A program made the translations under genes and the position numbers. Below, piece by piece: positions 40,098 to 54,670 of a stretch of 64,000 nt of DNA (positions are counted from its first letter, which is position 1; the number at the start of each line of letters is the position of its first letter). Location: positions 310,001-374,000 of the forward strand of contig CT868207.1 of the NCBI GenBank assembly GCA_000165425.1. Reading direction: 5' to 3'. The notes beneath the pieces were generated by a model. It worked only from the letters and a program-made list of their open reading frames with translations, had not been told where the DNA came from and did not search any database. The stretch comes from Paramecium tetraurelia (lineage: Eukaryota).

Positions 40098-41331
40098 ATG
40101 AATTAAGATTCAAGCTATTAACATGATTACACAGTAGATATTAAACAACTAAAGGCGATAAATAGGAAATAATCGTAGGTATGGGATACTATGATAGAAT
40201 CTTATCAAAAAAAAATTTGTCATCTAAAATAGAAAGTTAAGATTGAAAAAACATAACAAATGCAATCAGAAAATAAATAATAATTGTATCAATAACAATG
40301 TCTTGCAGCAGCAAACGCTTACTAGTTGGATTTATTTGAGCTAAGAAAAAAAGATCTTAAAAATCAATTTGAGTCAAACAAGGCTAATTTAAATGAATAG
40401 ATCGATGAAATTAAAAAATCGTATGAATAAATAAGTAAAAATCTATAGCCGCTTCCCTAAGAATAGCCAAAAGAATGTTCATTTATTGCAGCTGCTAGTT
40501 CTGATTACACATTAGTACTTGCATTAGTTAAAAAAAATAATTAGAGAACTTTCATTTCTTTATAAAGCTTTTACCCTGAATGTTACATATCTAATTATTA
40601 AGATTGTGAAAATATATCTGTGATTGCAATAAAAGATATCAGTTACTAAGCATTCAGAAACTAAATTTAAAATAAATTACTATTAGCAAATGCTGATAAT
40701 AAGACTATTAACTGTTATATGGTTAGTTATGACAAGGATAAGCTGTCCAAAGAATTGATTTTTTAATAAGAGTTAGAACATAATATTGATTTGATTCATA
40801 TCACTAAGAACTTATAAGTTTTTGTAATAAATATTAATATAATAGGTAATCAGCAAACTGGGGGGTTTTGTTTATTTATTGAATAAGAATAAGAAAAAAT
40901 TAATTTATTAAGTAGGCCATGTGATTTGTGAATCAATATATCTTGAAAGTGATGATATTTTAAGAGTTTCAAACCAATTTATGATTATCACTATTTCGAA
41001 TTTGTCATCAATTTAAGAAGATTATGAATATGTTGAATTGAGAACAGAGGAGTTTTCAGCACTGCTTTATTTTCATACAAATTTACCATCTCGTCATTTG
41101 AAGTATATCTCACACCCATAGATTATAAATAAATAATATTTTGTTTATGTGAAAAAGAATTAAGTTAGAGTTTATGACTATATAGCCAAAGATAAGAAAA
41201 AGTTTAATGTATCAACTCAAAACATTCAAATTGAATTTCTCAACTACTTTGAGAAGACTAATAGATTAGTATTTTGTGATAGTTAGGGATAATCATACAA
41301 AGTGGAAAAATTTACAAATCTAATTGGGTGA
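40098..41331 (+). CDS. Hypothetical protein (N-terminal coiled coil, beta-rich C-terminal part)
   Basis: Long frame open in the ciliate code with one apparent intron near 40823-40846; TGA 41329-41331. Confidence 0.6.
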
Positions 41332-41358
41332 AATATTATATATATATATAAAATTTTA

Positions 41359-41877
41359 ATGGAATCAGGACTAATTTCTACATCAATATCTACAAAAATG
41401 ATTGCTCCTTTAAAGGTATTACTAATTTCATTGATCATCTCAATAATTGTATGTTTTGTCGAAGCAATAGTTTTTAGTGTAAAGACATCTGAAATAGGTA
41501 AGGATATTTGATTAGCAATAGATCAACATTGTGGTCCAAACTCCGCTGCAATAGTCTAAACAATATCTTATTATTTCACATTAATAGCCCTATTGGTTTT
41601 TGCGTTTGCCATTAATAAATTGAAAAAAACATACATATTGGTTACAACAATCCCTTCTATAATTCTAAAAATCGTTTCATTTATAATGATGATGACTTAA
41701 TTAAATAAACTGTGGGGTACTTGCTATATTTAAAGCTCTTAAATTTCAACCTTCATTATGAGTGACCTTTTTTGGATTTTAATATTGATATACTATTTTA
41801 ATGCATTATCCAAATTATAGTAAAAGTTTCCAGAAGCCTTTTACCATAGTTTTAAAATAAATTTACTATGGGCTTGA
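41359..41877 (+). CDS. Small four-TM membrane protein
   Basis: Four hydrophobic segments; 24-nt intron 41498-41521; ends INLLWA-TGA. Confidence 0.75.
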
Positions 41878-41941
41878 TGAATGATAATTTATGTAATATA
41901 ATTTCATATATAATAACTTCTTATTCATATATATATATAAA

Positions 41942-42481
41942 TCAAGGTTTAAACTGATTAGAATCTCTAATTGCATCTGAAATAATATGTTACATCTATT
42001 TTTATAGAAAACATTCTTCAATTTCCATTTTATCTTTATTTTATGCATTTATAAAATGTGAATTTATGTCATCTTAATTTATACTTTATTTAAATTATTT
42101 AAATTTATTGTCAACATTGTTTATTGACGAAGACTTAAAATCAGAGTATTGTTGATTTAAAGTTGAACTTTATTGGCCATTGAATAAATTACTTTGTATT
42201 ATCCCATTGTAAGCTTATTGCATAAAAGTTCCTTAATTAATCCCATTTTAAGATTATACCATAAAAGTTCCTTAATTAATTCCATTTTAAGATTATACCA
42301 TAAATGATGATGGAATACTTTATAATACAGATAATCCTTGGTTTTAGGAATTCAAATTTATTTAAGCTGGTTACATAAATATTCTGTTATCCTAGTTATT
42401 GAAGCTTTGAGTGTTTTAATTGAGATTATTATTCTGATTGCAATTATTGATCAAATTCACTCCATTGTTTTAAGAAAACAT
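41942..42481 (-). CDS. N/Q-rich low-complexity protein with 13-aa tandem repeat
   Basis: Intronless frame MFSQNNGVNL...(FMVQSQNGINQGT)x2 FMQQAYNGI...QFKP-TGA. Confidence 0.65.
42221..42304. repeat. 39-bp direct tandem repeat (2 copies plus a partial copy, 1 mismatch)
   Basis: cataaaagttccttaattaat(c/t)ccattttaagattatac at 42221-42259 and 42260-42298. Confidence 0.95.
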
Positions 42482-42545
42482 TTCCTACAAGTTTAAAATT
42501 GTTAAAAAAATAAAATATTAATGATTTATATTAAAAAAGATATGA

Positions 42546-43866
42546 TCATTTTGATCTTGCAAATCCAACCCTATCATTATCTCTATCATAAACTGAATAA
42601 TATTTGCTTAAGAAAGTGTCACCCAAAATCCAGGCTGGTCCTTGAGGATGTGGAATGTCTAGTGGCATAAATGTTCCAACGCATTCACAACCTGCTCCCA
42701 TTTCTAAGAAGCTGTCTGTAGATGCAAAAGATCCATATGCAACCTAATCAAATTATTAATGTATTTACTTCATTTCCATATGAATCTATCTTCATAATGT
42801 AATCATGTGCATCAAGATCATAATGAATTCCATCCAGGACAAATGTTAAGGTGGGTAATTCTTTAACATTCTTGCAATTTTCATCTATATTAAGAGCATC
42901 AATCACATCATATAAATCATCAGATGGACCTGTTATTAATGATGTTCCAGTGTCAGCTATCACCTTGCATCCTCTCTTACATATTCCTACATCCTTTCCA
43001 TTAACCAATATATTTTCTGCTTCCAAAAGCCAATAATACTTGTTTGCCACATTGTGAAAATGCAAATCCCCTACAAAATGCTCTTAATTCCATCCTCCCA
43101 ATGTTAGTTCTGAGGTTCTGGTGCCTTCTTGTCTTGAAAAGTAAAATGAAAACACATTCCTGTCCAACAATTTTTATTGCATGATATTATCAAATAATGG
43201 ATTAAAATGATAGGCAGCCATTGTTGGATATGCTAAACCAACTATACCATCAAAATCTGAATAAGCGAACACATCTCCATTTTCCCTGACTATTTCTGCA
43301 AACTCTTATTTCCTTATCTAAACATTTCCAACGTAGGCGGTGTCTGCATTAATCTTTTAATTGATTGAATTCTTACTTCTCCCATCAGTTCACCAGTTCC
43401 AAACTCAACATCTAAATCATAGCCTAAATGCTCATAAGTCAAACTCTTTTAACCATCGTATTATTTATGATTCTTGCAACCATAATCATTGCATCTTGCA
43501 GAGTTCAACCAAATATTAGCTGATCCAGTATCGAATATAACCTATCTTAGTAATTTATTCTACTTTAAATTTATTTTCTTAAGCTCCAAAACTAATTTCA
43601 CCAGTATATTAAGTATTTTTAAAATTATATAATTTTATGCTCTCCTTCTGTGTAGTTTATGTCAAAGCAATATCATCCATTATGTCACTCTTAGATCTAA
43701 AATGTTGCCCTGTTGTTATGAAATCGAAGAATGATTTCCTGGCTTAAGATTAAGTTCTTTCCAACTTTATTGAATAAATTTTATTCTGCATTCCTGGTTG
43801 CTCTTCTAAAAACGAAGCACATTAAGCAGATATGATCAATATAGAAATCAAATATACTTAGTTCAT
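42546..43866 (-). CDS. Pepsin/cathepsin-D family (A1) aspartic protease precursor
   Basis: Signal peptide; [56 protein letters not shown]. Confidence 0.95.
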
Positions 43867-44203
43867 TTAATATTGAATTATTCCATTTCAAAAACGATAA
43901 TTTTTACTTTAAAGTGAATTAACAGATTCCATTTTAGAAAATACTAAATTTATTATCAATTCTCGAATCAAATTATAAATCTTATTTAATCTTCAATGTT
44001 TAACATCTCTCATTCAACAATACTGTGTATCTTGGAATGATAGATTCAAAATTGAATTCAAATAAAATTTGTTTTATATAATCAATACCAAATAGAATCA
44101 AACTCTGATTCCATAAAATTAATTAAATAAATATTAGAGTTAATTAACAACAATTATATAAAATTAAACTGTATATTTTAGAATAACATAACTTTTACAA
44201 TCC

Positions 44204-45052
44204 TCAAACCTCACACACATTTTCTTTTTTATCTTCACTTTTAGCCTGCAAATAGATCTAAATGGCTGAACTCATTAAACCTCCTAATGCAACTAATCCT
44301 CTGTTAAATCTTGTATTTAACTATTTTCAATAAAATGATCATACTATTTGTTCTGGTATTTATGCTTTTTACATAGCACAGGTTAGATCACCTATGATTC
44401 TTAAAATCAGTAGTCCATATTGATATCTTTCATTTGTCAAGGCTTTGATTTAAGTAATAAATTCCTAATTAGATATCCCATTTTAAATTTATTACTTCAT
44501 CTCAGACTCTCTCTTTAGTAATAATAATTATACCTTCTAAAATTGGTTCTTAATCTATTTAAATAGAAAACTAATTATGTTAACAATCCTAAGGTCCAAA
44601 AAGAATGAGAAATAATTTTCAATAATTGATGATTGAATGTTTTCTCAAAAAATCCCATTTAATGTATGACCATAATACTCTCTATTAGATGGAAAAAGAA
44701 ATAAAATATATAGACAGAATATGTTGACATTTCATTAACAGCATGAGGAATTTGATGAAAATGCTTTTTTGGATTATGAATTTATGATTTTTGTAAGATA
44801 TTAAGAATAGTTTATAAACTTTTTCCTAACCTAAGCAATCTCCTACAAACATATATATGTTCTATATTAGAAATATCTGCTTACAATATATTTAGAATTT
44901 CTATTCAGATTGTTGGTTGTCAATTCCAAGAAGCATGTAGCTTCTCAACAATTCCCAATTTTAGAACATTTTTAACATTTTATCCCTATTGTCTCTTGAT
45001 GATCATAATTAATACCTGTAGATGATTAAAACGAAATGAACTTAGATAGCAT
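44204..45052 (-). CDS. PEX11: Peroxisomal biogenesis factor 11 family
   Basis: RDKMLKMFQ, RRLLRLGK, IIGDLTCA, LVALGGLMSSAI; four tiny introns. Confidence 0.78.
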
Positions 45053-45175
45053 CAATAGCTTGAATATATTAATAATATAATTTAGAATATCATAACTATG
45101 AATTACAATAGATTGATGGAATATAAAAAGTAACAGTAGATTAGAAAAAAGATTCAACATATATATATATAGGTT

Positions 45176-45842
45176 TCAAAAGTTTTCGTCAATATAATTA
45201 AGTTTGGCACCCGAATTAAACTAAGAAGCAAATTGAGCAATTAATTTTTGAGTGTCATTCCTTTGTTTTTTGAGTCTCTAACAATATAATATGTAACATT
45301 ACTTTGATTTATTCATTTTCTATAAAATTTAAGTTCTGTCTTGTGATTTAATTGTGCTCTTCTTGTTATTCCGTTTTTAGGTGTTTATTTTACATTCTTT
45401 TACTTTTACCGAGACTAAAAGCATTGTTCATTCTAGTTTTATGTACATTTAATAGCCACTTATCTTTGTTCTGTATTGTGACTTTTGGTGTTTCTAATAG
45501 TTTGTTGTTCATTAGATGGCTAGATTTAAAATTTTTGTTAGGGAGATTAGGAGTGAAATATTTTAGTTCATAAGGAATGTTTTTGAGTCTTTTGGCTTAC
45601 AGACTCTCGTACTTGGGAGTATACAAATGAAGTTAATTGGAGGTGTTCATTTGTGTAACTGTATGCTTATGTACTATTCTCCTGTCTGATTTGGGAGCTT
45701 TGGAGATTGACAATATTCCTATTAATAGCTAACAGTCTTTACTTGATCTTGATGTTGTGGTGTATACATCAGATTCAAACTAAGCACATGATTCTAATTT
45801 AGGCAAATGAAGAGTTAATTTCACTTTTCTTTCGGAAAACAT
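45176..45842 (-). CDS. Hypothetical basic protein
   Basis: MFSERKVKLTLHLPKLE.. with two tiny introns; ends YIDENF-TGA. Confidence 0.6.
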
Positions 45843-46075
45843 TATTTATTGATTAAAAGATGATTTCAGTGGATAGTTATCAATAATATCAATTAAATAT
45901 GGTCAATTCAAATTGTGTGATTAAATTATATGTATATAATTATATTATGAATAATGGAGTGATCTTATTGATGAAATTACTCAAGTAATCGGTGGATTCA
46001 ATGTCCTAAGCGATATGAAACTATTAATATTTGTAAACAATTCTTATTATAAAAAATTAATAAATTTGTTAAATT

Positions 46076-48429
46076 ATGTAATACTATTGCTAACTGCATT
46101 AGTCAATCTTTACTTCAGTTTGCATTCAATAGGATTGCACAAAAAAAGGACCATTGTGTGATAAATGTACAGATACTCATAAAAATCATGTTATGCAAAA
46201 TTTAGAAACATATTTCAATGACTACACAAAATACTTGAATATGGAGTATTAAGCATAAATATTGTAAAAATTAGACTAAATGAAATAATACTTCCATGAT
46301 AAGATTTCATCTTTATAAATCGATGTAAATTTTATAGATGAAAAAAGAAAAAAAGAAATCATGAAATAATTGAAATAAGAGAAGATGAGTCCCCAATAAT
46401 TTCAATCTAAGGTTATTGAATTAATACAAAGAGATTAACTGAAGGACAGAGAATATTTAGAACAATTCTTTACACAAATAGTTGAGATAGAGAAGAATAT
46501 GAAATTCTAATTTTCACAATTACCCAAGAAATTCATATAAGCTTAACATCATCATCAACCATCTCATCAGTCATAATAAATAATTAACAATAAATCCAAT
46601 CTTTCAAGCGAAGTCAGAGAATTATCCCCATAACTATCAAATCGATCTAATAAATCCAAAGAACCAATATTCTCATAAAAATAAACAAGTCAATCTCCAC
46701 TTTCAAAATAGTTGCTTTAAAGAGATCTGATGCCAGTCGGTTCATTTAATAATTCTAAATTAAAAAACTATTTCACAGAATAAGATTCATAAGTATCTCC
46801 TTAAAATTCATTCAAAATTGTTAAACCTTTTGACATTGATAAATCATCCAACTATCAAAGTAGAATCGAAGGAGATCGATCAAAATCAAAATCATAAAAT
46901 GCATCATTCGATTAATTCAAGAAAGTTGAGCCATTCAAAAATGTCTAGCAATCATAAATTATTGAAGTCCCTTTAACAACTAAGTTTGAGAAATCTGAAC
47001 AACTAGATCTACTATATAATCAAAAATAAAGCTCAAATAATCTATAAGAATTACCATAATAATAAATAGTTGGTTATTATTCAAACCAAAGGACTTTAAC
47101 CCAAAAAGAGAATAAAGAGTCCCTTCAAAAGTCTCCTTCTAACACCAAAGTATAATTTTCAATAAAAGAGGAAAAGTAAGTATAATCAAATTCAAATCCA
47201 TAATAAAGTGAAATCTATAACTAATTTTAAAAAAGTTAAGTGTATGAATCTTAAAATTTTGATTTTGGATAAAAGTTCTAAAATCAAAATCAAGAAGTTC
47301 AGCTATTTTAAACACCTTAATAGAGTACAATTATTAGAGAAAAGGAAACAAACAACTTTTAAAATGGTATGAAATTGTCAGCATAATCTGCCATATCAGG
47401 TATATAAAATGAAAATAAATCGTAATAAGATATATCTTTTATCAGTTCTAAGTATATTTTTTTAATATCATTAGATCATTAATTTCTCCTTAAATTAAAA
47501 TAACCTAAAATTTACCAAATCCATTAAAAATTGAAAAAGATGAAACTTTAAAAGTTCATGATAAAAGTGTTAAAGATTTATGTTTTATGGATGATGATAA
47601 GATTATTACTTGTTCAAAGGATTCAACCATAAAAATTTGGGATAAGTATAGTTATGAATTTATTAGAAAGGAGAACTAAACAATTAAAAACGGAATTGAA
47701 AGATCATACAGATTAAATTCTATGCATTGCATTTTCATAAAAAAGAATAATAGTTAGTGGATCAGTTGACAAAACAGTTAGAATATGGAAACCTTCTCCT
47801 TCTTGGAGGATTGCATTTGTTTGTTAAGGACATTAAGAAAGAATAAGATGTGTAGACTTTGTGGGAAATTTCATTCTCTCTGGATCTGATGACACAACTC
47901 TTAAATTATGGGATTTAGATGGATAATTATAACATTCATTTAAAACGAATGGTAGAGTTAGTGCCATGATAACAGATAAAAACTTGGTAATTGTTGGAAG
48001 TGGTAAAAACCTACTGTATTAGATACCAAAACAAAAAATAAATAATAAGAGATAATAGGTCATAAGAATTTGATTTTGTGTCTATAACTAAGCAGTTTAT
48101 AGAACAAAAGGATTTTATTAAGTGGATCAAAAGATCATTTTGTTAAAATATGGTCTTATCCTTAAATTTAAGAAATTAGAACTTTTGAAGATGATTACTC
48201 AATTCATTCTTTGTTCTTTGATCAAAGTTCATAATACTTATTTTTGGGTTAAATGGGCTTTGAGTAAGAAGGTAAAATTTCTATTTGGAAACTGGATGAT
48301 CAGCCAAAAAAAAAATAAGAAATCATTTCTAATCCTTATGGATGTAATAAAGTATTATATGATGGGAGATATCTATATAGTGCGCATGAAAACAAAAGAA
48401 TGGAAATTTATTCTATTAATGAACTTTGA
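46076..48429 (+). CDS. B-box-like zinc finger + coiled coil + S/Q-rich linker + WD40 repeats
   Basis: CQLH..VCIQQDC..PLCDKCTDTHKNH; HDKSVKDL..TCSKDSTIKIWD, SGSVDKTVRIW, GHQERI..SGSDDTTLKLWD, SGSKDHFVKIW. Confidence 0.8.
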
Positions 48430-49165
48430 TTATTATTATATTATTCAATATCATTCGAATTTGTTTAATTTTAGAAGTAGTGTAAAATAATCTCAATTCA
48501 ATATGAGGCACTTATTCCAATTAGATTGCAATCATTTTATAATTAAATATTATATTAAGTTAATAAATTGATCATCAGAGTTTTACTTTATTTTTTAAAG
48601 TATATCAAAGTTGATATAAAATCAAATGGAAATAAATTCATTTAGAGAGAGATTAACTAATCCTTTTAGAATCTAATTCTAGAGATATTTCAACAATTTT
48701 CTAAGACTTTAATGTATCAATTTTTTTCAATTAAGTCTTCAAACTTAATGTTAGTTCAAATTAAATTGAATTTCTTTAATATAATTGTATGTTGAAAAAT
48801 TGATACAATGAACTCAACATTTAAATTAAGTTGTTCTTAATGAAAATGAGAACAAAAATTATTATAATTATACTTTTAGATTTTTTCTAGAATAAAATAA
48901 AATGCTGGTAATAATTCATTTTGTTCATAAAAAGTTGTAAAGAGATTAATTTTAAATTTTTCTATGTTCTAAAAAATATCCCAGTTGAGTTGATGACCCC
49001 TAAATATTGTATATATTAATTCCAAATATATTTTGGTAAATCTTTAATTTATATTAATTAATATATTATCTCATTTAAGATCCATGATTATAATATTAAA
49101 TATATAAACTAAATTTATCAGACTATATTCAAAGCATAAAAGTACTTATACTCTTAAACTAGGCA

Positions 49166-52100
49166 ATGAATTCAATCAATTAAATGAATTTTCTCCAGTC
49201 CTATAATTATTGCTTGTATCCATTTCGTCCACAATTATATTATAATTTGTATGCAGAAAATATTCAAGAATAAAATCAAGCTGCTACAAATTATAAGCAA
49301 GAAGTTATATAATGGTATATATGGTTTTGTTATATTTACAGGCTGTTCACATTAGAATAATCTGAATTGTACAAACTATTTCAGATAAAAGGATAATTAA
49401 AAACATTTCCAATAATGAAGATGTACATACACGATAAGCAATTTCAACCTTCAAACTATGCACTTAACCAACAGTTAGTATTTATTAAATATTCTTAGAA
49501 CTACAATTAATTTGGAGTCTAAAATTGATGATTAGTTTTTTATAAACACACGAATCATTCACAAAAAAACAGATGTACATAGTACTATTAATTAGTATAG
49601 GAATTGTATGATAAGTTGATTATTTTCGATGATGAAAGTTTTCTCGACACAATAGTAGTAAGAGAACCTTATTTAGAAAATTTAAATGGTTTCCTTGAAT
49701 TGTTAGATGAACTATCTGATAAATATTTTCTCAATTCTTCTGCAAGAACAAATTTAGAAAAAGCAGAAGACCCATTTTGGTTTCATTAAAATAGTTTTCA
49801 TAGTTGTTCAGCCTGGATAATAAAGGAATTCGAAAAAAATATTAATTTTTATTACAATACTTAAAGAGACAAAAAGAAGAAATATCGTTTCTAGAATTAA
49901 ATGATGAATAAAAGTAACTCAAAAGATATCTAAGAATATTTTGAAAGAAATCTAGCAAATAATAAAGAGAAAGTAAAAAATTGATCAATTTAATTAGTTG
50001 AACCTTTATTTTGAATAAATACAAGCAGATTTTAAAGAAAATCCATAAAGCTTAGAAAATATTTTTTATGACAATATATTCTCAGGCACCGCAATTAAAT
50101 TATTAAAACCATAAATTGAATTATCACTTAACTTTTAATAAAAATGTCACACTGACTCAAATATTATTAAATCTATGTTAATTACATAGATGCCAGATTT
50201 ATTAGATTAGAAAACATACTTCCTAAAGAAATTCTATTAGATAGTGATTCAATTGTTTTAAGAGCATTTGGAGAATGAATTATTTAGCAGTGAACTAGCA
50301 ATTAAAAAGAAAAAAGATAAAAAAAAGTAGAAGAAAAAAAAGTCGGAAAAGACTGAATATAAGAAGGCTCTTGATCCAATTGAGTTGAATCAACGTCTCT
50401 CAAGCAAGAACTTATAAGAATCAAACATACTCAGATTTTAGAGATCATATTCTTAAAATAATTTTGCATATTCTTATGTTACTCCACCTAATACACCTTC
50501 AGCTTGGGAAAATAGCGATGATCAAAGGTATAAATTATGATTTATATTTAAGTGAGGTGAATGCTTAAAGCTATTAATCCCAGAATCAAAAATAATAAAA
50601 TAACGAAAGATAACACAAAGTTAAAGAAAGTTAAAGTATTATAGATTACGAATAAGCGAATATATCGTAAGCATTTGTAGAAAATTTGTAAAATCCTACT
50701 AATGATGATTTTGTAGAGTATACTCAAACAATAACTCTAAATATTTTAAAAACAGTCTATGAGTCTTTGGTGGATGAAAATGCACATAAAGAAGAACTAA
50801 TAAGAGAGAAAAAGAAGATTAAGAAGAAATAGAAAACTGTTTGGAGGTCTATTCCAGAAAGTAGAGATGAATAAATGTAATTATAATCTCCTGAATCTGA
50901 AATTACAAGATTCTCTGTAGAAACTTAAGCTTAAACAATAAGAAGTCTTTGTTCAAATAGAACAGCCTCAACTTCTGAAGAAGAGAAAAAGCAAAGACTG
51001 AAATCAAGAAAATCTGCATAGTAATTTGAGTAATAGGAGACTGAATCAATTTCATCTTCTAATCAGACATAAGACACCAGTTTAAAAGAATAGATTGAAA
51101 ATGTCTAATAAAAAGCACAATAGAAATTAATTGAATAGATTAGTTATGATATTATTGAATTCACTGATAACATTATGAATGATTATGAAGAGATGTTACC
51201 CTTTAGACTTTTAGCTTTTGATAGAATTAAACTAGTAATTTAGAAAGTGTTCTATGGAATACCTGATGATATGATATAGTAAGAATATAATCACTATTAA
51301 GATTATTTGGTTCATGTGCTACTGGCTTAGCTTTAATTGATTCAGACATAGACATCGGCATTAGTGGCTTTTAACCTATGAATAGAACTGTTATTAAGGC
51401 TCTTTTCGACAACTTATTTTTTGAATTCTCTAAAAGAAAATGGGTTATAAAGTCTAAGTATTCTATTTACTAAATAAAGCCCCGTCTTTAACTCAGTTGT
51501 TCCAGTAATTAAACTCGAAATAGATCCTCAAGTTCCTTAAACTGAATTTGAAGGAAGAAATTTAATGGATACAGAGATTCATAAGTGGAAAAAACTTAAA
51601 TAAAGAATAAAGAGTTGCATTAAAGTTGATATCTCGTTCAATTTTAGTGGAAGCACATACGATTCTCCTCATTCTGGTTTTATTACAACAAATTTAGTTA
51701 AATAATGGATGAAAGAATATCCAGTTATCTAATAATTAGTATTGATTTTGAAGAGCATGATCAAGAAATTAGGATTATCAGAATCATATACTGGTATATT
51801 ATGATATTTATAGTAAAGGTGGCCTCTCTTCTTACTCTCTAATTATTATGGTATATTCATTTCTAAGAGAAAATAGAATAGCCTAAAATTAAATAGGAGA
51901 ATAATTCATTGATTTGCTTAAGTATTTTGTTAATGAGTTCAACTCTAGAACTACTGGAATAGGTCTATTGGCTGATATCAAAAATCCATAATCAAGGTAT
52001 TACTAGTATATATAGAATAGCTACTTTTTTAATTTATAAGATTATTGCTTACCATAATTACCCATAACAATCTTTAATCCTTTGAACAGAAAGCTTTTAA

Positions 52101-52276
52101 CTAGTTCTTGTGTTCATATTGGCAAAATATTTGATTTTTTTAAGGTTACTTTAAATCAACTAGAACAAAAACGAGAATTTTATTGCAACTATGTAATATT
52201 AGGTAAAAAAAAACAATAAAAACTTAATAAAACTTTGGAAAATTTTATCACTAATTTATTGGAATCAATTAAATGA
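49166..52276 (+). CDS. Pol-beta superfamily RNA nucleotidyltransferase (TRF4/PAPD5/Cid1-like) with long N-terminal region
   Basis: LFGSCATGLALIDSDIDI (GS..DxD), IKVDISF, VLILKSMIKKLGLSESYTGGLSSYSLIIMV; start uncertain. Confidence 0.85.
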
Positions 52277-53035
52277 ATTAAATATTGTATATAGAATATA
52301 TATTAGTGTTACTAAAGATGAAAGTCATTTAAAATGAATGTTATATAATATAAAATTAATTACTTTTATACTTCGATAATCCTAACATTAGAGCAAATTT
52401 TTTTATATAATAATTATAATTAATTAGAATCATATAGTTAGATATCATGTGAATCTATAATTTCAAAGTCGATACTTTTAATCCTTATTTAGTCTAATTA
52501 ATCCTACCAGATATTCTTTGTTCAATTCTAAGAATTAAATTTGGATGATTCGATTTGATATTTGTTAAAAATATTTTATCTAATGATTCTTCACTAATCA
52601 ATACTTGAAATCATATCTATTTAAATTAAACCTTTCAAATATCCTACTGATTAATTAGGAGAAGAGGATTTAACATAGAAATATTAGATTAAATCTTAAA
52701 CTCTATTATATCTCTTTCAATACAGTTAATAATAATCTTATATTATAAAATTCTACCTACTGTTTCTGTTTGTGAATTAAATTAAACACTAAAGAAATTA
52801 TTTTTAAAAATCTTGAGAAATCAAAATATATAAAATATTATCCTAATAATTTTTCTGATTAAATTTATATCATATAATTATTGGATATATATATATCCAT
52901 TAATTAGAACTTAGAAGATCTTTGTTTTCTCTGATTGTTACAATAACAAGTTTATTGTAAATGCAGAAAAAGTTCAACGGAGGTCAATAAGTTAGGGCCA
53001 TAATATAAAGATTAATTATTATTATTATTTACTAA

Positions 53036-54369
53036 ATGGAAATTAATTAAGACACTCTAAACTTTTTATTTAAAGAATTATGTGCTATGGCTTTCTTTCA
53101 ACAAAAATCACAAAATGAATTAAATGACCTTTATCAATATTACACAATGCAATAGGCTAAGTTAATGAATCAGTTTTATCATGATTAGGTGATCAATGAA
53201 TAAGAATTAAAGTATAATTGGAATGATATTATGTAGATTGGTGAACAGATTTATAGCAAGAATTTCAGAGGCTTTCTAATTAATGGTGGCAAAGCGATAA
53301 ATCATTAGGTGCAAAGAATCTAAATTTTAACCAACAATATATAATTGTTTGACTTCTTCTTTTGAAGGCAAAAATAATCTTATTTGTTAGTTAATTTAAG
53401 CTATATATAGGGAGTGCAGACTTTAGATTGAAATGCTAACAAACAAGAACCAAAAGATTGAAGTTAAAAGAGTAATTCTTTATCAATATTAAGATACACA
53501 GTCAAGATAACAACAATGATGAAGATAAACTTCAGAATCAATTTTATTCGGTTTAAGTTACGAATAAGAAAAATATATAAAATGATTGGCAAGTTAATAT
53601 TAAAAATAATAAAAAGTTGAACAATTACTACTCAAAAGTATTTCCTAAATTATATGATGCGATTGGCGGTGTTGATAAGTATATAAAACATCATTATGCT
53701 AGAGGTCAAGATGAATAAATCCTTTATTTCTAAAATAGAGATTAGAATATGGATAGGATATTCAATTAGTTACTTTAGCAGAATCAACATATCAAATAAT
53801 CTTTAAATTGGTCAGTCAATTTGGATCAAGAAATGTATAATAATAAGATCGAATAAAAACTGTAAAAACTAAAATTATAATAATTAATCCCGAGTCATTA
53901 ATTATCAACATAATCATCTCCAACAAAACCCTCATAACCATCAAATAAATCAATTAAATAGAATGCCCCAACAAGTCCCTTCAAAAATAGCATCATTAAT
54001 AATAGTAAGATGCCGTCTATTAATGTAAAATTCAGAAGCATATCACAAAATGTTCCCATGAGCGAAACAAATTTTAAGAGTTAAAATATGTTCTTGAATT
54101 TTCAATAACAAACATAATAAAATCCATAATCTTATCAATACTATTCATCAGAAACAGAGAAAGCTAATTTGTTTTCAAAAATCATTGAAAGCTATAAATA
54201 AAATTAATTTCAACTAAATAAGATAAAACTAGAATTCAAGCCCAAGCGTTAGCATTGTTCTGTTCTGAAGAGCAAATTAATGATAGATCTCATCCCACTT
54301 CATAACTCAAAATTAAAGCCTAAAGGCACTCGAAATTTTTTATAATAAGTACCATAAATAATTAATTGA
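53036..54369 (+). CDS. Hypothetical protein
   Basis: MEINQDTLNFLFKELCAM.. long ciliate-code frame with probable tiny introns; TGA 54367-54369. Confidence 0.6.
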
Positions 54370-54670
54370 TCCTTATCTTTGTGTATCAAATTTGATTTCT
54401 GTCATATAATAAATGGTTTAATTTATAAACTAATTTTATGAATAATATTTTTGATAATTACAATTTGTAAATTATTCTTTGGTCAATATAACTCATCCAT
54501 AAAGAGAGGTGTTAAATTATAAGACTCTTATTTTTTTTGATTTAATGTAAATATACTTGATTATCTTTAATGCAACACTTAACATACTAGTTTTAATTAA
54601 AGAGTTAGATGACTGTTCGAATTACAAGAGTATTTTCCAATATATAAACTTTATTAATTAATAATAAAAT

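Noticed and set aside
42221..42304. 39-bp repeat as a CRISPR-like array
   Set aside because: Head-to-tail copies without spacers, in frame within a eukaryotic ORF, no cas genes
45945..46030. Short hairpins (gagtgat/attactc) in a divergent spacer
   Set aside because: No match to snRNA, tRNA or snoRNA motifs that I recognise; too short to exceed chance
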